64,000 bases of DNA from Octopus sinensis (GCF_006345805.1 NC_043005.1:107074001-107138000), one strand, 5' to 3'. Counted from the first letter of the stretch, positions 26,401-41,081 are shown. Notes: generated from the letters alone by a model not told the origin. Translations and numbers: made by a program.

Positions 26401-26880
26401 TCCTATCCTAAGAACCTAATTTTTCTTAAAATATAAGAGGTGTATACCACATCAAAGAGTATATATACAAGATGTAGCATGGAATTTTGTCAGTGAATAG
26501 GTCACTGTCTCAAAGCGACGAAAATATTTTGCTAAATCAAATTTAAATGTTGAAGTGAATCTAACAGTTTTTGTGTATTTCTTAAATGGCTTATAAACAC
26601 CTTCAACGCTGCAATTGCTTTTCTTTCAACGCACGATTTCTGCTCAGGTCACTTGCTATGCAAGCACATCTCCGTAATAAGTATATATATATATATATTT
26701 AACGTAGGCAGCGAAGCTCAATATATAACCAAATAGGAAAAGTCAGTCGTCAATAATTGTGATTGAGGGTGCTGAGCAGCGCCTACATTGCTAGGAATGC
26801 GAGTTTAAACCCTTAGAAGTGCAAGGAAGAACATTTTTATACACTGACAGGGTAGATAACCGCTCTATAAACGAAGTTAA

Positions 26881-26933
26881 ATCACTGAACTGGATTAGTT
26901 TCGCGTGTAAATTGCTGACTCGTCAGCAGTGAT
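26881..26933 (-). ncRNA. Type I hammerhead-like motif with canonical core
   Basis: Minus: atcactg-CTGACGA-gtcagcaatttacacgc-GAAA-ctaatccag-TT-cagtgat; 7-bp perfect stem I, 3-bp stem III, GUU site, poor stem II. Confidence 0.6.
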
Positions 26934-26955
26934 TACTCTATCGTCAAATGGCTGC

Positions 26956-27119
26956 GGTAAATTCAGACTGTCAATATATCTATTTACCATATAAATTTGT
27001 GGCTAAGTTATATATTGCGTTTAGCTGCCTGCGTTATTTTGGTATTTTCACATTAGCATTTCGTTTATTCAGCCGTAAATTTATTTGGTAAATATATATA
27101 CTGACAGTCTGGATTTAGC
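26956..27119. repeat. Small inverted repeat (MITE-like)
   Basis: 26956-26998 versus the reverse complement of 27077-27119: 43 nt, about 5 mismatches. Confidence 0.6.
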
Positions 27120-27120
27120 A

Positions 27121-27200
27121 ACATACATACATACATACATACATACATACATACATACATACATACATACATACATACATACATACATACATACATACAT
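27121..27200. repeat. (CATA)n
   Basis: Direct reading. Confidence 0.95.
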
Positions 27201-27224
27201 TATATAGACCGAACAGATTTATGT

Positions 27225-27530
27225 AAATGATTCGTTTGTTTACCAGTCCGCTGCGAAAAGTGCCTGAAAGAAAACTCCCTCATTGCACTGGGTGTTGAAA
27301 CACCTGAACGTCATAGGCCCCAATAATGTTAAAATATCAGTATCCATCACTCCTCAAAGTCTCCGGGACGAGTGTCTTACCGGTCTATGATTTTCAGGAG
27401 TTTTGATACTCATTGCAATGTCGGATCCTTCCCTTAGGCGCTTTTCGAAAACAACTTTAAATAAATTCACATCCACTGATATCAAAATTATTTACGACTG
27501 CTTTATATAAGAGCTGAGTCTTCTTATACC
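27225..27530 (-). mobile_element. Old CR1-like RT remnant
   Basis: Minus reads KTPENHRPVRHSS, resembling P.NYRPVSLTS. Confidence 0.35.
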
Positions 27531-27972
27531 CTATTGATTGTGGAAGTACGCTAGGTATTTCTCTTAGATGCACTTAACACAGTATGAAACGGCCCACAAA
27601 AGTTCTCCCTTTCATTACAAATCAAACACAAGGTAATGTGTTTACATACCAATCTCTCTCTCATATTCCCTCTAATATTTAAATGCATTTCAATCAGTCT
27701 AACTCACGCTAAGTTACCTATAAAATACCTATCATGCAGTCTCTAGGAAATCAACAACGCGTTGTAATTAAATATTAATCGAAAATCTTAAACAAGGGCA
27801 GGCTAATGGCGAACGTGGTAATGGTGGTAGTAATGATGATAGTGACAATGGTGATTTTATTGCTGCAGTTGGTGTTTGTTGTGATAGAAGTGTTATTGCT
27901 GTTGGTGTGTTGGAGCTGGTGGTGCTGTTGTAAATGGTGGTGGCGTTGGAGGTGGCGGTAATGTTAGTGGAA

Positions 27973-28132
27973 GGCGGTGAGCTGGCAGAATCGTTAGCAC
28001 ACCGGGCGAAATGCTTAGAGGTATTTCGTCTGCCGTTACGTTCTGAGTTCAAATTCCGCCGAGGTCGACTTTGCCTTTCATCCTTTCGGGGTCGATTAAA
28101 TAAGTACCAGTTACGCACTGGGGTCGATGTAA
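27973..28132 (+). mobile_element. OK-like SINE lacking its tail
   Basis: Near-consensus head 'ggcggtgagctggcagaatcgttagc' and B box 'gagttcaaattc'. Confidence 0.95.
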
Positions 28133-28133
28133 C

Positions 28134-28390
28134 TGCGTAACTGGTACTTATTTAATCGACTTCGAAAGGATGAAAGGCAAAGTCGACCTCGGCGGAATTT
28201 GAACTCAGGACGTAATCGCAGACGAAAGACCTATTTCTGTACTACCCACAAGGGGCTAAACACAGAGGGGCCAAACAAGGACAGACAAACCGATTAAGTC
28301 GATTACTTCGACCCCAGTGCGTAACTGGTACTTAATTTATCGAACCGGAAAGGATGAAAGGCAAAGTCGACCTCGGTGGAGTTTGAACGC
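28134..28390 (-). mobile_element. Two tandem minus-strand OK-like SINE fragments (28134-28230, 28231-28390)
   Basis: Both carry 'tgcgtaactggtactta...ggatgaaaggcaaagtcgacctcgg'. Confidence 0.95.
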
Positions 28391-28849
28391 GGCGTGCTAA
28401 CGTTGCAGCTAGTTCCCCGACTTCATTTGTGTCTGTTACTGTCACAGTGTGTCACGCTGCTTCTCACTGAAGCTACAAGTATTTGTGCAATACTCAGAAA
28501 CTTATACGGTGAAACAATAAGCTTATAATCCTAGCTTTCAAGTGACTCGAATACTCATAAGTTGATTTCTGCAGGAGTGTTCTTCTGTTCTTCACTAAAA
28601 AAACATTCAACAATTAACGAGAGTTTTTAGTTGGTCCTTACGCTTTCTAGAAAGAATAAATATCTCTGGAATCGAACCCATTAGAAAGAAGGATTCGTTG
28701 AATAATGTAGTTTTAGATTCACGGTATCGAGCAAACGAGGCGGGATGGTTACGATTGCCGCTTCTTTGTTTGAGACTTCTGTACAATCAGGGCCGATGGA
28801 GAACTATGAAGTACGACAGCAGCATAAGCAGAAGAAGAAAGAGAGCCGT

Positions 28850-29140
28850 TTATAACCATCACCATCACAATCATCACCACAAGTTTCATAGCTATTAACG
28901 TGGTTAGTAACCGGTCACCATCGCAGCATCAACACCACCACCATCACCAGCAGCGCAACCACCACCACCACCACCACCACAAGCACCACCACCACCACCA
29001 CCGCCGCCACCACCATCACTACCCCTAACAACAACAACAACAACAACAACAGCAGCAGCAGCAGCAGCAACAATGGCAACGACTAATTAAGAGTAAAATC
29101 GTGATCATGACTGTGATGATGATCATCAGCACTGCTGCTG

Positions 29141-29182
<42 letters not shown>

Positions 29183-29560
29183 ATACTACTACCGTGTGCT
29201 CAACTTTCAACATAACCACGACAACCATCAGTAGTAACATTGGTCTCCAACTTCCACCAACACCACCACCCACCACCTTCTCACCTATAATCACAACCTA
29301 CGAACACTGCGAAAACCAACACCACATCCGTTAACACCATCACCCCCAGCAGCAGCAGCACCACCACCACCACCACCACCATCATGACAACCATCATCAC
29401 CACTATCACCATCATCATAACCATCACCCCTATAGTAACACTGCCCCTGCTACAAACCCCACCACCACCACTATCATGACAACCATCATCACCCCATCAT
29501 CATCATCACCACCACCACCACTATAGTATCACTGCCACTGCTACAAAACCCCCCACCACT
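28850..29560. repeat. CAC/CAT/CAA/CAG/CTA triplet mosaic with a ~95-bp internal duplication (29370-29560)
   Basis: Direct reading; 'catgacaaccatcatcacc...ctatagta.cactgcc.ctgctacaaa' occurs twice. Confidence 0.85.
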
Positions 29561-30129
29561 ACAGTAACAGATACCAGACTTATCGACACTCTAACCGCTA
29601 CCTCTACCAATAACATAACTGTTAGTAAATTTGTATCACCGCATCTCTCTCTTTATCTGCCTACCAACATCTTAGTCTGCTTTCCAAACTAGCAATCACG
29701 ACCAACCATCCGCAACAACACAAGCCACCGTCAATTGTCTCTCATCACCGCCACAACCGACATCATCTTCGACAAGGCAATGGCGACCAACACCGCCACT
29801 ACAGCCTCCACCACCGCCACCCTCTTCACCACCGCCGTCACTTCCTCCACTGCCAACATCACCACCAGCCTTATGCCAATTTCCATAGCACCAATTTCAC
29901 CTCCAAAGAACTATCACCAACGCAGCTTATTTTTTATTTTTTTTGTTGTTGCAATAACTACCACAACTACGACCTCAACCACCACGTGGAGTGAAACACA
30001 AACAACAACACTAATAATAATAAAATCGAAAGTACTAAATTTTGTGTATAATGTATTTTTTATTGATTATGTTTTTTTTTCGTTACACGTCATTAACACT
30101 ACATAAAACGTAACATATCGGTAAACATG

Positions 30130-30780
<651 letters not shown>

Positions 30781-31479
30781 GCGTATATAGTTGTGCGCGC
30801 GCACACATGTAAAGTACACTCACATACGCCAATGTACTTGCATAAACTTATTCGTTAAATTGCATGAGTTAAGTATCCTTTGTCTACAGAATGCTGTTTC
30901 CTCTCTTGAAATACACTGGCCACTTTATAATGGTACCTGGGAGACGGGGGAGATGTGAGTGGAGACATCCTACCTGCCCAACAGGGCTGTTTCATCTGTA
31001 AATTCAAACTGCGAATAAAATTACATATTTAATTGCATGGAGAATCAATACAGCGTTGCTGCCTCTTTCTGTTCCTCCATGTGCATGTGGGAGTGTGTGT
31101 ATATATGTGTGTGTCTGTGTGGGTATGTGTTTCTTATATAGATTTATAACTAAATACCTGTGTGTGTATGTGTCTGAATAGGTGGGCGTACATGCATAAC
31201 GCATACATAAATACATACATACATAGACATACATTCGTAGACATACATGAATAATAATTTAAAAGAGATTATGTAAATCTACGAACGTAGTAATACACAC
31301 ACGTAGACACGTTCTACAAAGTTCAAGCGCAGGAACAATAAAAGCGAAAAACCAACAAAGCGCATACATATTGCATATCAATAAATACTTTGATACACAA
31401 ACGTATGTAATACGTACAAAGCGTATTTGGATATACACATGTATGTGTGTATACCCCCCGCCATATATATATATATATA

Positions 31480-31609
31480 TCAGATGATGATGACGACAAC
31501 AATGATGCTGATGCTGATGATGATGATGAGGATCATGATGGTGGTGGTTGTGGTAGAGGTGATGGTGGTGGTGGTGGTGATGTGGTGGTGGTGGTGATGA
31601 TGATAATGG

Positions 31610-31640
<31 letters not shown>

Positions 31641-32980
31641 GGTGGAGGTGATGGTGATGATGATACTGGTGGTGATAGTGATGATGATGATGATAGTGGC
31701 AGTGGTGCTGGTGCTGACGATGATGATGGTGGTGGTGGTGTTGGTGGAGGAGGTGGTAGCGGTGTTGATGATGATGATGATGATGATGATGACGACGATG
31801 GTGATGATGATAATGGTGGTGGTGGTGATGATGGTGGTGGTGATATATATCAGAATATGCGTGTATGCGCATGAACGTACGTATATGTACCGTACATTAA
31901 ACGAGGTACCAACAGTTTTATTTTTTTTTGTATGCGACGTACAGTGTTGATTGCATTGTTATTAGCGAATGATTATGATGTCGATCATGGTGCGAATGAT
32001 GATAAAGATGATAACGATGATGATGATGATGACGATGATGATGACGACGACGACGAAGATAATGACGATGGTTTTGATGATGATGGTGATGGTTGTGATG
32101 ATGGTGGTATTGATGTTGACCGTGATTGATGATGAAGTTGTAATTGTATTTTAAGCTACAACATCATTTGCTTAGTCGTTATCATGTTAGATAGCAGTGG
32201 TGGCAGTGGTAAATGTGCTGATGATGATGGTGGTGGTGGTTGTGGTTGTGGATGTGGTGGTAGTGTTGGTGGTGGCGTGGTGTTTAGTAGTGCTGATGCT
32301 GGTGCTGCTGTCAATTATGATGATGACGATGATGATGATGATGGTGATGATTTTGATAATGATGATTGTGATGATGGTGGTGGTGATGATGATGATGGTC
32401 GTGGCGGTGGTGGTGGTGGTGGCGATGGTGTCGATCTTGATGGTGATGATGATGACGAAAATGATGATGGTGGTGGTGATGATGATAATGATGATGGTGA
32501 TGATTTTGATAATGATGATTGTGATGATGGTGGTGGTGATGATGATGATGATGGTGCTGCTGTCAATTATGATGATGATGATGACGATGATGATGACGAT
32601 GATGGTGGTGGTGGTTGTGGTTGTGGATGTGGTGGTAGTGTTGGTGGTGGCGTGGTGTTTAGTAGTGCTGATGCTGGTGCTGCTGTCAATTATGATGATG
32701 ATGATGGTGCTGCTGTCAATTATGATGTTGATGATGATGATGGTCATAGCGGCGGTGGTGGTAGTCGTGGTGGTGGCGATGGTGTCGATCTTGATGGTGA
32801 TGATGATGACGATAATGATGATGGTGTTGGTGATGATGATAATGATGATGATGGTGGTGACGGTGGTGGTGGTGGTGATAGTGTCAATGTTGATGGTGAT
32901 GAATTTGATGATAATGATGATGGTGATGATGACGGTGGTGGTGATGACGATGAAAATGATGATGGTGATGATTTTGATAA

Positions 32981-33014
<34 letters not shown>

Positions 33015-33080
33015 GGCGACAGTGTCGATGTTGATGGTGATGATGATGATAATGATGGTGACGATGATGACGATGATAAT
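31480..33080. repeat. GAT/GGT triplet satellite with higher-order duplicated modules
   Basis: Modules such as 'ggtgctgctgtcaattatgatg' (4x) and 'ggtgatgattttgataatgatgat' (3x) recur. Confidence 0.9.
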
Positions 33081-33185
33081 AGTAGTTTAATTATTGCCGT
33101 TGACTTCATAAAAAATGTTTGGAGAGTCCCTATTGTGTTCTTGATAGTGTTTCTCTTACCGTTATTGGTATTATTGATATTTTAG
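32184..33185 (+). CDS. Hypothetical 333-aa Asp/Gly-rich ORF with hydrophobic C-terminus (may be non-coding)
   Basis: ORF track; frame kept through modular duplications; no signal peptide or splice evidence. Confidence 0.2.
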
Positions 33186-33384
33186 TTGCTAGGTTATGAT
33201 GTCAGTGGAGGTGGTTCACTCATCGTTTGGGACATTGCATGCAGTAAAATTGTAAAATATAACAGAGATAAACTAAACAGACCGATCGATTTCATAAAAT
33301 CTTACGTAATATAATGCAATAAGCATGTCTTTGTCTTTCCCTCCCGCTCTGCTTGTCTCTATTTCGATCAATCTATCAGTCAAT

Positions 33385-33600
<216 letters not shown>

Positions 33601-33899
33601 ACACATTCATAGATAATGAATATTCGCATATAGGTATGAATACATGCGTTAACAAATATATATACATATACGTATATACGTGTGTGCTTATATATGCATG
33701 CATTTATATATATGTGTATGTATGTATGTATGTATGTATGTATCTATGTGCGTGTGTGTATGAGTGTTAAAAGTAACACACATATATATATACACATATA
33801 CATACATACATACATACATACATACATACATACATTATCCAAACATTCACATTTACGCACACCTACACGTATACATATTTATGTTTCCAAATGTTTTCA

Positions 33900-34159
33900 T
33901 ATGCAGATGTGCGTGTGTGTGTGTGTGTGTGTATGTGTAGGTGGGTGCATGTGCGTGTGTGTGTTTGTGTGTGTGTGTGTGTGTGTATTTGCAAAGTAAT
34001 ATCCAATAAAATCTAACAGGAATCAACAGATGCAGTGCGGCAGACAAATTTATCAGTCATATTTCAAGTGGAAAATAAATAGAAACAATTCACTGTGTAA
34101 ATCTTTTGTGAATTTCAACAAGCTTTCAAGAATTATTAATACATGCGCGCACGCGTGTG

Positions 34160-34209
<50 letters not shown>

Positions 34210-34930
34210 TACATGAGGTTGTGTTTGTGTTTATGTTCTCCTTGTATTGTATGTTTGCTTGGGCGTGTTTCTCTGTCTGCTTCTATTGTGTGTTAAACAT
34301 TCACTGTGTATTCTATGCGTGTGCCTGTGTGTGTATAAATGTGTGTATGTGTGTGTGTTGACCGTGCATTTGTGCGTGTGTGTGTGTTTGTGTGTGTCTG
34401 TGTGCGTGTTTGTGTGTGTGTGTGTGTGCCTGCGCCCGTTCGAATATGTGTTTGTATTTTTCAGTTTGCTCTTTGTACTCTGGACCCGCTTAATGAGCGT
34501 CGTGTTTGTGTGTGTGTGTGTGTTTATATGTATATATATATATATATGTGTGTGTGTGTCTGTGTGTGTGTAGTTCGTGTGTGTATCAGTGTATGCATTT
34601 AAAACTTTTTCGCATGTGTAGATACACATTTACATTCACACTCACACACACGCACACACGCACACACGCACACAGGCACGCACGCACGCACGCACACACA
34701 AACACACACACATAATGAATATCCCAAAGCACGTTATTATTAATACGTATGTGTGTGATCCTGTGTTTCTCTGAGTCTGTGTGTTTATGCCTCTTTGTCT
34801 GTGCGTGCGCGGGCGTATGCATGTATGTATGCATGTGCGTGTGAGTGTATGATTGTGTATACGCGTGAGAGAGAGAAAGAGTGAGAGAGACATCATATGT
34901 GCGTGCGTGCGTGGATGCTTGTGTTCTGGA
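33900..34930. repeat. (TG)n/(CA)n degenerate dinucleotide field
   Basis: Direct reading. Confidence 0.9.
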
Positions 34931-35350
34931 GGCAAATTGTGTGGTTACTGTTTCGCTTGATGAATTTATTGATTGACATGTATGTGTTTATTTGATAATA
35001 TCTGTAGGATGAAAGGTTTCAGAAGCTTCTAGATGCTTGAGGCAATGAAGAAACGAAGGGCGACGTAGGGAGGATATGAACATAAGAGTAGAGGGGGGGG
35101 GGGGCAGATCAAAATTGATATAAAAGCCCAACAGGTTAATTTGATCTCAAGTTTCAGGAAGTTATTTTGCAGCATTTTTTTTCATTTGCTTTTTTTTGTC
35201 TCGTTGATATCATCGTGATTGTTGTGTCCGTTGTTTTAAATTATATTATTGGTGCCATATTGGGTATCTTCTTGTAGACACATGCATCCGTACATATATA
35301 TATATGTATGCATATATATATATATATATATATAATATATATATATATAT

Positions 35351-35390
<40 letters not shown>

Positions 35391-35727
35391 GTATATATAT
35401 ATATAAACAGACATGTGTGTGTATGTGCATGTGTTTGTGTATGCGTTTATGTGTATTTTATTGATTATTTTTTAAATGGCTGTTAAAGTGGCAGTAACAA
35501 TAGAACTCTGTTCTAAATGCATTATTGCATTTAGTTACGATCAATATCGTAAAATATTTACTGGAATATAATTTCTATATGACTATTTACTATGCTTTGA
35601 ACACATTTTATGATTTTTACAAAGTATATGATTTCCATACAATGTTAGATTAAATATAGATAGCATCACTGCTGTTATATACATATACCTTTGAGCACAT
35701 ACATACATACATACATACATACATACA

Positions 35728-35761
<34 letters not shown>

Positions 35762-36047
35762 CATACAAACATACATACATACATACATATATTCATGCGT
35801 ACGTACGTATATAGATATACATGCATTTATATGTATCCGTGTGATAGGCAAGATTCCAAGGAAGGTGCCTCTTTACGGTCTCATGGCATGCTAGAAATAG
35901 GTGATGTATCTCTCTACCACTCGAACGCTCTCACCATCTGAAGCAAACAAAGGGGGACATATGCGGGAATAGTTGGGGTAAACATGCTTGGTTATGGCTG
36001 AAACGCCCTTAGTCATAGGTTTCTGCAGATTCTGTGTTACACTCTTT

Positions 36048-36258
36048 ACTCTTTTACTCTTTTACTTGTTTCAGTCATTTGACTGCGGCCATGCTGGAGC
36101 ACCGCCTTTTAGTCGAGCAAATCGACCCCGAGACTTATTCTTTGTAAGCCCAGTACTTATTCTATCGGTCTCTTTTGCCGAACCGCTAAGTGACGGGGAC
36201 GTAAACACACCAGCATCGGTTGTCAAGCAATGCTAGGGTGAAAAACACAGACACACAA

Positions 36259-36333
<75 letters not shown>

Positions 36334-36493
36334 TACGACAGGCTTCTTTCAGTTTCCGTCTACCAAATCCACTCACAAGGCATTGGTCGGCCCGGGGCTA
36401 TAGTAGAAGACACTCGCCCAAGGTGCCACGCAATGGAACTGAACCCGGATCCATGTAGTTGTTTAGCAAGCTACTTACCACACAGCCACTACT
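36048..36493 (-). mobile_element. Full-length CORE-type SINE with internal (CA)/(TA)n (cf. octopus OR families)
   Basis: Minus: head 'tggctgtgtggtaag', B-box-like 'gggttcagttcc', CORE-like 'accttgggcgagtgtc', tail 'gaaacaagtaaaagag'. Confidence 0.9.
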
Positions 36494-36779
36494 GTGAAGC
36501 ATTAAGATCAATAATAACCACGGGTTATTTTACTGTTCAGTTTACGCTCAGATCATAAATTCTCTCAGTGGTCGCAGTATGTGTTCGAATATCTCTCTAT
36601 TTAAGCGCACAAACTATTGAGAAGCAACTTTTTGCTTTCCGTAATAATGATTATATACATAGATTCTGAACAAACTCCAATTTTTTTATGAATAATAAAT
36701 AAAATATCTTATCACTTTCTTTCTATGACAATCGATGAAATGTATGTCATCCTAAAAGATATATCTTCCAAACATATGT

Positions 36780-36905
36780 GTCGACTTTGCCTTGTATCCT
36801 TTGGGGGTCGGTAAATTAGGTACTAGTTACGTACTGGTGTCGATCTAATCGACTGGCCCTCTCCCCCAATATTCTGGGTCTTGTGCCTAGAGCAAAAAAG
36901 AAAAG
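36780..36905 (+). mobile_element. OK-like SINE 3' fragment
   Basis: 'gtcgactttgccttgtatcctttggggtcg...gtcgatctaatcgactgg'. Confidence 0.75.
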
Positions 36906-37119
36906 GATACTTGTCTGAATTGTTGCTAAAAGTGACCATTGCTAGGATTTAGGAAAAGATGTAACTTAATGGATGTGTACAGAGAGTCAGAAAATGTAGC
37001 TACTGGTTGCAATGGTTACTTGGCAGCAAAGAGAGATTTACTCAGAGACTCCATGTAGAAAAGTGATACGGAATGTCAGCGATTTCTGAACAGGGGAAAT
37101 GCAGTAGTGACCTCTTCTT

Positions 37120-37355
37120 TTCTTCTTTTATTCTTTTACTTGTTTCAGTCATTTGACTGCGGCCAAGCTGGAGCACCGCCTTTAGTCGAGCAAATCGACC
37201 CCAGGACTTATTCTTTGTAAGCCTCGTACCTATTCTATCGGTCTCTTCTGCCGAACTACTAAGTTACGGGGACGTAAACACACCAGCATCGGCTGTCAAG
37301 CAATGTTGGGGGTTCAAACACAGACACACAAACACACACACACTCACACACACAC

Positions 37356-37408
<53 letters not shown>

Positions 37409-37572
37409 CGATAGGCTTCTTTCAGTTTCCGTCTACCAAATCCACCCACAAGGCTTTGGTCGGCCCGAGGCTATAGTAGAAGACACTTGCCCAAGGTGCC
37501 ACGCAGTGGGTCTGAACCCGGAACCATGTGATTAGTAAGCAAGCTACTTACCACACAGCCACTCCTGCGCCT
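37120..37572 (-). mobile_element. Full-length CORE-type SINE, second copy
   Basis: Collinear with 36048-36493, with scattered substitutions. Confidence 0.9.
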
Positions 37573-39452
37573 ATATTCTCAAGAACATTCCTATCCTAAG
37601 CTTTACGTGTTTTCTCGTCTTGCATGAAACACACACACATATTAAATGATATACACTTAATTACTGACCCCCGCGAACGAATGTAATCTGGTTTCAATGT
37701 TCTTGGCAGTTCGATCAGAATCAATCAGAGGCTAAGCAACGATAATCTTAGAGGGATAGAATTTTTCATGACAATATAGTTTGGCGGCAAACTGTTTCTG
37801 CAACTTTAAATAAAAGGGACGGGAAATGATCAAGTTTAACTAAATCACATGATTTTCACAGACACGTAGTTTTGTGTGTATTCTATATTTGAAATATATT
37901 GTCTTGCAGAAACTCGATGTAACTAGTTTTTCGAGCCGTCGATTTGGCACTATGAAATATCATTGTCCTTAAAGACACATGCTGGGTTTGGAATCAAATA
38001 TCCGATAATGTTTTCCTCGCCCTGCCTTTTTACTGCATACTCTGAGCCTTAACTTCTTAAACTCAGGATCAGCTGCATTAAATATAAAAGTACGAGAAAA
38101 ATCTCGCAAATATTATGGGTAATACCTCTTGTCGAACAGACGAGATCAAGTTATAAATTAGGTTCCAAATTACCATGCAAGGAAGCTGACAAATCAATTA
38201 GTTTGCTGGTCAAATCTCAGGCCAAATTATTGATTATTCGATTAGTTGATTGGTTAATTAGCTAACTAGTTCACGCAAAAAAATGATCACAGGAGAAGCT
38301 TCTTGAAGAGAAGCTTTATTTGCAAAATTATCCTCTCAATTGCAAATATATGTTTCAAAACTTGATTTCACATCCACACTTGGAAAGCAAATACAAAAGC
38401 AGAATACTAGAATGGATATTTGTCTAAAAAAAAAGTCGGATGACTTTATATAAACAAGAAATCGAACAAACAACATCCCGCATCGTGGTAACACACCTTC
38501 GCCACCGTATCATTATTCACTACAACAACACTACACAATACCACACCACTATTCAATACGCACCAAGGGGCAAAAGAAAGCTGAATACGATACAATAGAA
38601 GAACATTGTTTAATCAAATAAATATCTAAATAACATGTATCGTGGCCCCAAAAGTAAAATCATTGTTTTATTAGAATCCCGAAAATGGTTTTGATGTCGC
38701 CATTTTAAAAGTCATTATTCATTATTATACTTTTTAACTTCATTATTATCATTATCATTGCTGTTGTTATTGTTCTTGTTGTTAATATAGTCGTTAAAAT
38801 TGCTCTTCTTCATCTTCTACCATTTTTTTTATTCTCCTTGTTTCACAACACGATGTAACACCCCACGCCCAAATATTTGTGTCTCTCCTTTCCGTCTTTC
38901 CAAGTCCTTTCCATCGGTGACCTTGTGGCAAAGAAAAATCACATTTATTAATTGTTTTCCTTTTTGTCGCTGCTCTTTTTGTTTTCACTTATTGTTATTG
39001 CTGTTGTTGTTGCTATTGTTGCTTTTTGTTGTTTGTTGGTCGTCTTTAGGACACGCAGGGATGAGTTAAAATCTAATGAACTTCTAGAAACTATCACTTT
39101 ATACAGAATTAGGTTATCTGCCTGTCCTTTGTTTTTATATTATATTATATATAGCCTTCATGTCAGCGGCTTTTTTTAAAGATTATTGCCATTAGTATTT
39201 TGTTGTTGTTGATGTAGGTGCTGTTATTGTTGTTCTTATTGTTGACGTTGTTGTTGTTGGTGGTGTTGTTGTAAATGGTTTCATTATTTTCAGTTTACTC
39301 ATTTTTGTCTCACACGGTTAATTTTTTTATATTTTCGCTTTTCATTCTTTTTCACCTTTCTCATTTGTTTTTAGGTTCATTTTGATCTTACACGCACTAT
39401 TATATATGTTTATATATTGTATATCTCTGTGTGTGTGTATGTGTGTATGTTG

Positions 39453-39519
<67 letters not shown>

Positions 39520-40039
39520 ACATATATATATTTATATAGAGAGAGACATGGTTTTTGTGTGTATATATGCGTTTATATTTTAGTACACACGCAGATTCAC
39601 GCATGCACAAAAACACTTATATACGCATATACACATATACACCTATGTTTTCTTCTTATTTTTCATTTTGTTTAATTTCCTGTTGAGAGATGGCTGTGAT
39701 ATTTAGCAAAGCATGAGGCGAGATAAATTGTATGAGTCACCCACCTATATCTAAGAGCCACTAGAATTAAGCTTACAAATTGAAAGATTCTAATGTCTAC
39801 TTAAAAGAATAAAAGAACAAATAAATAAAAATTTGAAGAAGCATACAAGAAATACAAAAACAAAAACAAGGCCACACAATATAATTAAATAAAATACTCA
39901 CAAAACGTAAAAAAAAGTAAGAGAACAAAACATCGGATCAAATAAGAAAGACTCAACGAAGAGATTTAATACTTCATTCTGTTTGTTGCATGCCAACACC
40001 CCTCGAATTTTTATTGTTGGTTTTACTATTGTCGTTGTT

Positions 40040-40062
40040 GCTGTTGTTGTTGTTGTTGTTGT

Positions 40063-40136
<74 letters not shown>

Positions 40137-40263
40137 TTACTACCACCTCTGTGCATATTTCTTGCGTCCTCCCCCACCTTGAGTTATTATTGATGTTATT
40201 CTGCTACCAATTCTGTTTCAAATTCTTCTACATCTTCAATCATCATCGTCGTCGTCGTCATCG

Positions 40264-40294
<31 letters not shown>

Positions 40295-40878
40295 CACCAC
40301 CACCACCACCACCACCATCATCATCATCACCAACATCATCATTATCATCATCATCATTATCATCATCACCATCATCATCTTCATCATCTTCATCATCATC
40401 ATCTTCATCATCACCATCATCATCTTCATCATCACCACCACCACCACCACCACCACCATTATCATCATCTTCATCTTCTTTTTCTTTTTTCTTTCTCTTT
40501 TCTTCTTCATTATATTATTTTTATCATTATAGAACAATAATTTTATTTAGCCTTATTGTTGTTGTTGATCTTGTTATGCCGTTATTGTTATGATGCTATT
40601 GATATTGTAATTGTTATTGTTCTAAGTGTTATTATTATTGTCGACGTGGTTGTTATTGTTACGCTAGTGTTGTTATTGTGAACGTATTCATGTAATTATT
40701 ATTGCTATCAGAGTTGTAGTCGTTGTTGCTCGATTCGCTAGCATTATTTGGTAAGATGCCGTTGGTATTGTACAACCGTCTTCGTTCTGTTATGATTTTG
40801 ATATTATGGCATTATGTAACGATGAAATTACATTTGTCAATAAAAATAATAGCACAAACACTACCACCACCACCACCA

Positions 40879-40912
<34 letters not shown>

Positions 40913-41044
40913 CAACGATAGTAATAATAATAATAATAATATAATAATAATAATAATAATAATATAATAATAATAATAACACTAATAATAACAATAATAA
41001 TAATAATGATAATAATAACAATAATAATAATGATAATAATAATA

Positions 41045-41081
<37 letters not shown>

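Noticed and set aside
31480-31872. Poly-His protein (also at 39983-40540)
   Set aside because: Pure CAT/CAC repeat with no other coding evidence
35119-35126. TATA box 'tataaaag' after a G run
   Set aside because: Isolated 8-mer in AT-rich DNA with no downstream gene
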